DNA of 61,868 nt, filler included, from Dugesia japonica (taxonomy: Eukaryota), in the NCBI GenBank assembly GCA_001938525.1. It is 6 parts of 6 records of this genome, joined end to end, with 100 filler letters (N's around TTAATTAATTAA, not from the genome) between each part and the next. Parts side by side here need not be neighbours in the genome. Positions count along the whole stretch, not along the records: positions 51,273 to 61,868 come from MQRL01615839.1; 5 more parts are not named here. One strand, written 5' to 3'. The notes beneath the pieces are model-generated. The model was not told where the DNA came from and searched no databases. It worked only from the letters and a program-made list of their open reading frames with translations. How positions within the stretch are numbered: the first letter of the stretch is position 1; each line of letters begins with the position of its first letter. This document shows positions 51,235 to 61,868 of this stretch, piece by piece. A program made the position numbers and the translations under genes.

Positions 51235-54200
51235 NNNNNNNNNNNNNNNNNNNNNNNNNNNNNNNNNNNNNNTTACTTGCAAATGGTGGAAAAAGTTTTT
51301 TAAAGGTATCGACATCGACAGATCCATAATTGAACATAACATATTCGTAACGGTAAAATAATTCCAATAATTTTTCACCTAAAGTCGATTTACTCATTTG
51401 ATAAACAGCCTAAATAATATTATTTTCATTAAAAATTTAAATATTCAACTTTTAAAGGTAGCCAATTAACAAATGTTTTCATAATTCTAAAATATGCTAA
51501 CGAAATTTGAGGAACGTAAACTTTAAAATCAATTGATGCTTCATCCAGATTCATGTTGAATTTACTTTCTTCTATTTTAATAAAATTTAGAAAAGCCTCT
51601 TTGTATTTCATGGATCGGATTAATTGAATAGTTTTCACTAGGTTTTTCACTGTATTTGTTGATTTGAAATATTCGAGTGTTGTATTTTTCTAAAAGAAAA
51701 AAATAGAATTTCTACATTTTAAAATTTATGAAAACAAATATCACTGTAATATTTGAAATAGTCATATTTTTAAAGTATGTTCGAATAGTATTGAATAAAT
51801 AAAATATTCGAAATAAAACATTTTTAATTTTTCAATCTACTGAAAAGTTTTAATAGAAAAGTAAAATTGATAAGTATTTTTCATTTATTGCATTCAACAT
51901 TACAAAAAAACCATTAAAAGTTTACTTAAAGTTAAAAGTTTTTTTTTTGAAAAATTCTAAGAATTAAATAATACGAAAGAAAGTTAAAATTTTATTTGTT
52001 AAGAAATTCTGCCAATTTTTATTTCTATTTCAAACTNTCTACATTGTTCTCAATCATTCTTTTAATTTAAGACAAAAATAAGTTAAATTTCTTTTTTTCT
52101 TATTAAGAAGCTAATTTTCATACTTGTTAAAATAAAATTTACCCTTTATTTATTTTTAGAAAGTTATATTCTGAAAGTATAATTATAAGCAATAAAGTAA
52201 ACTTACAAATGTTATAATAAGGTTTATGATGTCTTGTGAATTTTGAAGTGCATCTTGATAGTATTGAATTCGTTGTTTAACAATGTCTGATTTCATAATC
52301 TTTTGAAATAAATTTAAAATTTCTGTTCTAATTTCTTCTAAAATTGGTAAAATATCCATAATCAACGAATTCTTGTAAAGATTTTGAAAGGTTTCTTTAA
52401 AGCTTGAAGATAATATAGCTATATTTTTAGCTTTGTCTGAAATCATGATTAAATAAAATATTTATCAAAAACCAATTAAAAATGTTCTCATTACCACTAA
52501 TTATATCCAACACATCACCGATTTTATAAATTAAAACTTTAAAGATTTCAAAACCATTTTGACAAAGATTAACCATTTTTGTTATTCCACTTTTAACTTG
52601 ATCATAACTAAATGAATCTAAATTATTCTAAATATTCAATAGTAAAATTTTGATAAAATTCTTTATTAATTTACTTTTATTGGTTCATATAACATGGTAT
52701 ATAGTTTAGCGTCAATGAACCAATCATATAAACCATTAAATACAACATTTCGAAGTTCGCTACATGTTGTCTGAAATTTATTCAACTTTGTAGAAAGATC
52801 TAAATTTGTTAAGTAATTAGTGAATTTTTCCAGCATGGTTTTCATGTAATAATCATCATTTTCATAGCTTAAAGCAATAGATTTTGGAAAAGTTTCCCAA
52901 TCGTTTGCAATTCCTTTCGCAAATTCCAGACTCATAGGTATATTCATATTTTTTATTACATCTGTTTTTACAACAGATAAATATTTGTTTAGCTGATTTT
53001 CACTATTTTGATAAACTTGAACCATAAGTACTTTCATATTGTCGGGTTTAAATATCATTCCGAAAAGTTTCTAATTAATAAATAATTATTCAGGATACGA
53101 GTATTAATTTAATTTTAAATTAGATTAATTTAGTGATGTTAATTAAATGATTTCAATAAATATTGTCATAAACACTTGAAAAACAATACAAAGGAATATT
53201 CTAAAACAAAGAAACAAAAGCAAAAATGAAATGATTTCGTNNNNNNNNNNNNNNNNNNNNNNNNNNNNNNNNNNNNNNNNNNNNNNNNNNNNNNNNNNNN
53301 NNNNNNNNNNNNNNNNNNNNNNNNNNNNNNNNNNNNNNNNNNNNNNNNNNNNNNNNNNNNNNNNNNNNNNNNNNNNNNNNNNNNNNNNNNNNNNNNNNNN
53401 NNNNNNNNNNNNNNNNNNNNNNNNNNNNNNNNNNNNNNNNNTAGTAGTAGTAGTAGTAGTAGTAGTAGTATTATACTCTGTAATACTGTTTTAAGGAAAT
53501 TTCTGTACTAGTATTGAAATACAATAAATTACACACATACAAACACGTGGTCTCGGTTATCTGTATAGATCCAAAGATAACAATGTAATTGAAATCAAAT
53601 AATTAGTTGGTTATGCCTAGAAGACAATGTCGGGACATGAGTTACAACCGAACTAATAAATGTTAAATGTGTTGCAGGCAAAAAGAACTAGAGAATGTCA
53701 GACTGTATAACATCAAGAAAATTCTTTCATTATGCTAACGTTTATTGAGTGGTAAACTAATCATGGTTTTTTTACTGCTTGTTTCAAAAACATGTTGCTT
53801 CTACTGGTAATTATATAATTTTATTTGAATGATACATGACATTTGTGTTTGCATTAACTAAATATAAAATAAGACTACATATTTATCGTATATGATCAAC
53901 TTTAAAGCGTAAATTATTTCAGAATCTAAAAATTAAATAATTGTGGTTGAATAATTTTTCAGTGTTTATCACTTTCATAGTTTAATATAAATAAAATAGT
54001 AATTTACTAATACTATTTTTTTTATTTTCTGTTAAAAGCTTAATTTAATTTTAACTAATTTATGTACGTATTTTAATGGAATAATTTTTTAAATTATACA
54101 ATATTTTGATATTTCTTTGGTTTATTTTTAATCTAGTACGACCGTGGTAATATTTAAATTTAACGAAATATTAAGAGTACTTATTTTGGTACCCGGACAT

Positions 54201-57200
54201 TTGACATAATATATTTTTGACATAAAATATTTTTGACAAAATATTGACATAAAATTCAAGGTGCTGTTCAATCTAAACATGTGAATATTTGGAATTTTTT
54301 GAATTTATTAAAAAAGATAAATGTGAAAACGAGCGATCAATTATATGGTTGCAAATTTAGTTCGCTGTTATGATGAATTTAAAAGAAACCACGAAGTTCT
54401 CGTTTATTTGCAACAGATAGGCAAAGAGCCATGACATGAAGAAAACATTATTAAATAAATAGTTTTTTTTAATTTAAAATCAATTTTATGTAAAATATTT
54501 TTTATGTCAAAAAAAAATTTTGTCAAATGTCTGTGGATTAAAATGTTTTGGAATATTAAATTGGCATAATTTTTTNNNNNNNNNNNNNNNNNNAAATATT
54601 TGTATATCAAAAAATTAAAATTAAAATTAACAAATTGAAATTATATAAACTAAAACTTTTACTTTTATTTGATCAAATAATCCTGGTTGCCAATAAAGTT
54701 TAGAGGATAAAATATTTTTTTCATCAATATTTATTTTTAGAGATGCATCTACTATTTTTTTGTCAGATGTTTTTCTGTAAATTTCCCCTACAATAACATT
54801 TCCAACCGGTCTTAAATGAATAACCGTTTCTAAAGTTATTCCTTTCAATCAAATTAGTAATTAAAATAATTTTACTTTCAACTTGTGTATTGAGCTCTGC
54901 ATAATATCTCATAGGACTTCTAGTAAATGTAGAAAATGCAGTAATATCAATGTCTTTTGATCCTAATTTTAATACATATTCATTTCTAAAGCCATATTGA
55001 TAGATATTTCGATTTAGTAGAATTTTAAAATCTTTTTTGTTCTAAAAATATAAGTAAATAAAAAATTAAAAAAATATCAAGTTTTACAGTCAGATGAAAT
55101 TTCCTGAATGGAATGTATTGTAACAAAAATTCACTTGCTGGCATATCACTTTGTTCTAATTTGTACTCTAAATATTTAATGATTATCAAAACATAAATTT
55201 TTAAATTTTAAACCTATTGTCATTTCCTCAGATGCAAATATTGTTGCTATAGTTAAAGTTGCAAATCTGTCGTAGTTTGTACTCTGTAATTTTATTTCAT
55301 AACTTCTCGTAGAAAGTTGTCTGAGGTAGCCGGTTAATTTAAAAAACGGAGTTTTCTCATTAACAAACATAGCTTTGACATCGAGGGCATAAATATCCCC
55401 AATATCCAAACTGATATCTCTTTTAATTAACAAATTGATTTCCTTAAAATTATTAATAAAATCATTTGACCGCAAATTTCTAATTTACTTTATGCATCAA
55501 TGATGTATTCAATTTTAAATTCAANNNNNNNNNNNNNNNNNNNNNNNNNNNNNNNNNNNNNNNNNNNNNNNNNNNNNNNNNNNNNNNNNNNNNNNNNNNN
55601 NNNNNNNNNNNNNNNNNNNNNNNNNNNNNNNNNNNNNNNNNNNNNNNNNNNACTTGGGAAGATGTCAAACGAATTTTGTTTATTGGATTTTCGAATGAAA
55701 TATATTTTTCCATATTTCTTCTGTTAACTGTTAAAATCAAACTTTGTTCCTTTGTTTTATGCCAGGTCAATTCAAATCGTTTAAAATCATTTTCCCAGTC
55801 GAATCCAATGACCTTTTCTCTAACAGTATTTTTATGATTCAAGTAACAATTGATTTTATTTTTAAATTTACAACTCGATGTACAAGTCCACAATTCTGTT
55901 TTAAAGTTTCCGTCTTTAACTGTAATTGAATGACTGAATTCATAGTTCTCCGTGTTCAGATTTAATTCCCCTTTAATATTAGTGTTTCCCTTGTAATTGA
56001 TTTTTAACTGGTGAGGTTTATTTTTCATTGCAACAGAAAATGTCAAAGTTAAATCTGATATTAACTTTTTATTTAATTTTATGTATATATTTAGTTTATA
56101 GTTTTTCTCTAATCGTTTATTATCCAGAGATAATTTAAAATTAAAGTCTTTAATATTTTCAAATGCAGAACTGCCTTTCAATTCAATTCCGAATTTCGAA
56201 TCAGTTTTATCTATACTGATTTTCATTTTTATAGGTTGAATCCAATCATAATTGAAAATGATATCAAATTCCATATCCTTTTTACGAATAATTCTTAATT
56301 CGTATTTTTTCGAAATTTCGAAATAATATTCTTTATCAATAGGGAAATAATTATTATCATTAACTTTTAATAAATTTCCAATATTAGTACTCGCGGTATA
56401 ATTATTTTTCGAATAAGCTAAATGAATATTTAAATCATTGGTAGTTCTAATATTTTTAAATCCAACTCCAAAAACAAATTCTTGTTGAGGTAATCCAAAA
56501 CCGATATTTGTCTGAACTATATTTTCATTATACAATGCTAATAAATCCCAATTATATTTATCCATTGTGCTTGATTTTATAATAACCATAAAATCACTTT
56601 TTGATGCGAATTTTACTTTGATTGATTTATCAATTTTCATTTTTTTATCAATATTTAAAAGAATACTTCCTTCCGATTCGAATTTGGGATAGTTTCTGTC
56701 AAAAAGAAATGTTGTTTTCAAAATTATTGGTTTTGAAGATTCAATATCCATTTCGTTACTAAAATAGCTTTTGATACCTCCTGGATATTCTACACTCTCC
56801 AAATGATAAATTTCTGTTTTTCGTTTTATATTAATATCAAATATTTTACCAACCACCTCAGTTTTTATGTGGATACCTTTTTTAGATTTCATTAATCCTT
56901 TGATTATATCAGTTATCGTTTGAATATCACTAGGTAATTTTATATTTGTATTGACTTGTAAATTAAAGATACTTTTCTCTTTAAATGTTAAATCTAATTT
57001 ACCCGATCTCTTTTCAGTTGACTCAGAAATAATGTTAACATTAAGATTTAATAATTTATCTGCCATTATTTTTAAAACAAAGTTGTCTTGAAAATTATAT
57101 GATATATCAATAATTTTTGGTTCAGAATTTGGAGATACTGCTTCAACTAAAAGATTTAGTTTATTTATTCCAAAGTATTCATATTTAAATTGATAATGAT

Positions 57201-60200
57201 GCATTTTATATTTAGCAGTTCCTTTATAAACATTTTCAGAAGCTTTTTGCAATTCAATGTTCAAAGCGATTTCATCTAATTTTATTTGAAGAACTGGAAT
57301 GTTAATATTTAATGCTAGACTTCCTTTCAACATGTCTTTATCGATAAAGACAATTTTTTTGAACAGCACATCTTTGTATTGGTAATTTATTTTACAAAAC
57401 CACATTGCTTCACCAAATCCTTCTATTGTTTTTGAATTTTCATCTTTAATTTTTCGAAAATAAATCAGCTCGAATTCAGTTTTATCAAAATATGGCTCTG
57501 CCAAAAATTTGTATTTAAAATTCATGTTTCTTATGGAAATAAAATTGTATTTAAGATCAAATTGAAGATTATTCATTGGCCAATTTTTAATAAACTGACC
57601 CAATTTACTATCGATTTTTATTTCTCCTGATGGTAAGTCAATTTTATATACTTGAAGACTTTTGCCTTTGGATTTGGAATTTAAATTTGCTTTGTATGAG
57701 TTAAAAAAATTTTCCTTTTCATAATAACTGTTAACTACAATTGCAAATTCATCAAATATTTCATTACTAGATAACAAAGTCATTGAAAAATCAAAAGATC
57801 TAATATTATTTTCAATTGACCAGTTAATTTTGGAATCGGAAATTTTTAGAAACTTATCTTGGTAACCGAATTCAGAATTAATTGTGAATGAATTTTCTGC
57901 TAACCTTGAAAAAGATAAGGAAAATTTTACAGGAATAATAATGTACGATTCAGCAAATGCTTTCAACTCATTTGATTTTTTGTTAAAGGAAAATTTCAAA
58001 TTAATTTTTTTTGAATTTTTATAATGTAAACTTAAATTGATTTGCAAATTACCATTTTTTGAAACTAAAATTCCATACACATACGAACCAGAATCCAAAT
58101 ACGGAATATTCGAAACCCATTTAACATTACTAACCCAATCTAATCCATTGTTTAAATCAAGTTTTCTAACTTGAGTTATTTCTATATTATAGGACTTTGT
58201 TGATACTAAATTAAAATTACTTTTTCCTTGAAATGTTGTACCAATACTCTTGAATTCTGATGATAAAGTTAATTCCTTTAAAAGTTCATTTGATGTTTTT
58301 ATTGACATTAATAATATGGAATTTTCAAGATCTTTTGCATTTATATTTAATTTCATTAATAAATTGCTTTTGTCATAAATAAATGAGAAATTAGATGAAA
58401 AATATCGAGTACTTACTTTAATATTTGTATTTATTTCTAATAATTTATTCAATGATGAATCTTTGACAAGTAATGCTTCCAATTCAATAAAACTTTCTTT
58501 TGAAAAATTTAATTCGTAATTTCCTTTAATTTTCAACTCGTAATACTTTGCAGTTCTTTCTCCTTCCAATTGCCATTTGACTAAAATATTTGAAATGATT
58601 TTACCTTTATCATTTAAAAGTGGATCTAGACGAAAATTTATTCCGAAAATAAATTTCGCAATTTTTATTCTGGATAATAATGGATGACTTATATCAAAAT
58701 TTATGTCAAATTGATTCATTCCAGTACCAAAATATTTTATAGAACCTTGAAAGGGAATCAAATCAGATTTGGATGATTTACCATATTCTCCTTTCCAAGT
58801 TAATGAATACCTTTCATTTTTTTTGTAAAGTGTTATCATGTTATTTTTATAGAAAAAGTTATATTTTTCATTTGACTTTAAATCGACTGATGCTAAAACT
58901 GATGAAGTTATTTTTTCATCTTCACAAATTATTTTCCATAGAAATTCCGAAACTAAATACGAACTTGAATCAATTGTCAATCCAAATAGATATTTTTTAT
59001 TCATTTTATTGAATTTAATAGCATATTTACTTTCTGTGGAACCTTTATATATAATTGTTTTATATTGTGAAAATGATTCAGGAGACTTAATTCTTTCAGC
59101 AATAAACTCATATCCATATCTTTTTTTCTCTTTATTTTGATAAATAAATTTGCTTTCAAACATTTTATCTTCCATATTTATTTTACCATCAATTTTAATA
59201 TTAGCAAAGTGCTTCGTTTCAATATTAAAATCAATTTCATTGCCCGGAATTTTCATTTCTATTTTGGAAAAAAAATCGTAATTTATTTTATTTCGAGTGA
59301 TATCACTTTTTAATTGACTTTCAAGATTTAATAAATAAAGGTCTTTTTCGGGAGTTTTTCCAATACTTCGAAAAGAAAATAAAGCCTTTTTGTAATCAAA
59401 TGCGGCTGTATTAGTAATCGTTGCTATTACTTTACTGTTTAATTTTATATCATGACTTACACTGGAAATAAAAGGTGATGTACTCTTTGTATCCACTTTT
59501 GAATCTATTATTAATGTATTTTCAGGCCAAGAAACTGTTAAAATGTGACTTTTTGGTAAGGACAGTTCACTATTTATTTTGAAAATTGTCTTTTTTGCAA
59601 TAATCTCCAATGAAGAAACTCCAATTTGTGTTGACGTAAATTTATGTTTCAATAGTAATTTTAACAATTCACTTTCTGTGATTTCAGCTTCTAGATCATA
59701 CATTCCTAATGTGTTTTGTTTCCAACTTGCTTTTGCATTTAAATTCTGATATATTTTCTAAAAATAATTTATTATTTAAAAAAATGAATTTCTAATATTT
59801 TTAATAAACTATATTGAATTTATCTTTATCCAATAACCGCACATATGAAGATTTTAATACTTTATTTTTAATATTTTTTAAATTTATGGAGTAATATTTT
59901 TATATTAAAACAGATATTATAAAATTATTTTTACTTAGTGTCAAGTTAACCAATAAATAACCAAATTCATATAGTCTATTGATGGTTAAAATTAAATACA
60001 TTTAAATACACTTACCCATCCAGGATGATTTATATAATTTTGTAAAATAACAGTTCCGTCTAAAGATTTTTTGATATCGACAAACAGCTTTGAATTTATT
60101 TGACGAACAAATGATTTTTTAAGTTTATCAAAAGTTTCTAGTTTGAAAATAATTAGAGACGGTTTATCCTCAAAAAGTGATAAGCTGTTTGAAATGAAAT

Positions 60201-61594
60201 AATTGATTTCATGGTCCATATTAAATCTTTAAATAGAAATTATTAAAATTAAAAACGAAGAATTAACAACTTTTTATCAGAAACCTCAAATCTTTGACTT
60301 CTAAATTCAAAAGTTAATTATTGTATTTCATTTAATAAATAGAAACTTACAAAGAAATTGTATAATTTACTCCACTAACAGGTAAAATACTTTTATCAAC
60401 AACTGAATATTTAGACCAAAAATATTCTTGTTTTATGAAAAAATTATTTTTGGATTTAGTTTTATAATATGTTTCAAAAGCTGCTTTATTTTCCTTTACC
60501 GGGTTATTAGCTTTGTCTCTTGATATTTTAAACATAAATTCGTTTTCTCCAGAGAATTTTATAGTGGTTGAATGTCGAAATCTTTCAAAATAATTGAAAA
60601 GCTTATGGTCACTAAGTTTCATTGTCGTTATAGCTAAATGGAACATTATAAAAGCATCAAATTTAAGTAAATAATTTATTTACAAGATAAACTGAATTCT
60701 TTATCAATTTTCTTGGAAGCTTCCAAAGTTAATTGTAAACCCTGATCATAAGACTGTTTGAAAACCACATTCATTTCGTCATTTGTGGTTTTAATCGTTA
60801 TTTTTGCTAATGATGAAACTATACCTTTATATTCAATAGATCCGCTTAACTCCGCTTTATTTTCGCCATATCTAAATTCACCCGATATTTGATTTTTATC
60901 AATATCAACTGGAAAAAGAATAAAATCTGTTCATCTGAATTAATTCATTTACGTTTTGCATAAATATCTTTGTTCCATAAAGAAACCTCGTACATCGATT
61001 TCAATGTTTTAACATCTCTTTGAAATTGAAATTTAAACGTTTCTTTTTCGCCACCTTGAAACGAAGTTAATATCAGTAAATTAATTAGTTTTTTAATTGG
61101 TTTTTGAATATCCTGTTTTAAAAATTGAAATCGAAATCCATTGAATTTTTTGATATTAATTTCAGCTTTTAAATTTGGAAAAAATGAATTATATTTTGGA
61201 GCTGAAGAGACCGCCGCACAGATTTTGATACCTCTTAATTCTAGAAATGCGTTTCCAGAGCATTTATCCAATACTGTAGAATATATTGGTTTTGTTTCCA
61301 AAGCTTTTAAATTGTGAACTAAACTTAGTTCATTTCTAAAGAAAATTGAAACTTTTCCAGTATTTAAAATAAATTAATCAATCTTACGAAATTGAAATTA
61401 ATTTTTTATCATCTGGAATTTTTTTGATTTCAAACTGATAATCTGTCAAAATTATATTCTCTGATTTTAATCCATTAACCGATTTTAATTTCCCTCCAAA
61501 TTCAGCGTCAGTTGACACAGTACCAAACGACTGAATCCCAATCTTTGTACAGTGACCATTAATTTGTAGTTTTCCAGTAATTTGAATAGCAACA
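51235..61594 (-). CDS. Large multi-exon gene, probable large lipid transfer protein (apoB/apolipophorin/vitellogenin-like); incomplete
   Basis: ~4.2 kb exon (to 59757) of amphipathic beta-strand-like sequence, followed by amphipathic helical exons (51.4-53.1 kb); short GT-AG introns; diagnostic LLT/vWD domains not seen. Confidence 0.6.
54190..54540. mobile_element. MITE-like element in an intron
   Basis: Inverted ends GACATTTGACA...ACATAAAATT and AATTTTATGT...TGTCAAATGTC. Confidence 0.55.
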
Positions 61595-61868
61595 CTAATT
61601 TTAGTTAAAAATAATATTATTTTATNATTGTTTTATATTGATTATTTTTTTCAACATTCGAAAATTATTTTAACTAATTATTAATACTAGCTGTAACCCG
61701 CCAAATTTGACGAAAAGAAAGATCCATATATTATAAAAAAAATTATATTACAGTGCAGTCCCATTAACCTGTGCCTCGTTAACCCATGATTCTACTTAAC
61801 CCGCGGTTCTGCCTTGGCTCCCGAATTTACACATACATAGCAATAATCAGCATAGTAACAATATATAA

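Overview
AT-rich eukaryotic genomic DNA (spliceosomal introns of about 50 bp, a Wnt exon; flatworm/planarian-like by inference only). The window is six ~10 kb contigs joined by artificial N-TTAATTAATTAA-N linkers. About 46 kb is mobile-element DNA: a decayed but nearly complete Polinton/Maverick (adintovirus-like) module plus a second pPolB relic, several decayed Ty3/Gypsy elements, two small solo LTRs with 4-bp TSDs, a mariner and a hAT. Host sequence is one Wnt exon and a large multi-exon apoB/vitellogenin-like gene. The main discovery is four diverged copies of a ~4.1 kb element with TGTTGGGG...CCCCAACA ends (4-bp TSD CATG in the complete copy) and no visible gag/pol/transposase. It carries a conserved minus-strand unit: CCAAT boxes, TATA, a non-coding leader ending A|GTAA, then four small ORFs, each behind its own splice acceptor and usually followed by AATAAA. 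Two of the ORFs get their ATG only through splicing (A|TG). One encodes a coiled coil ending in the dynein light chain LC8-binding motif DKSTQT. A covarying multi-stem structure lies at one terminus. It looks like a giant solo LTR carrying a virus-like accessory gene cassette.
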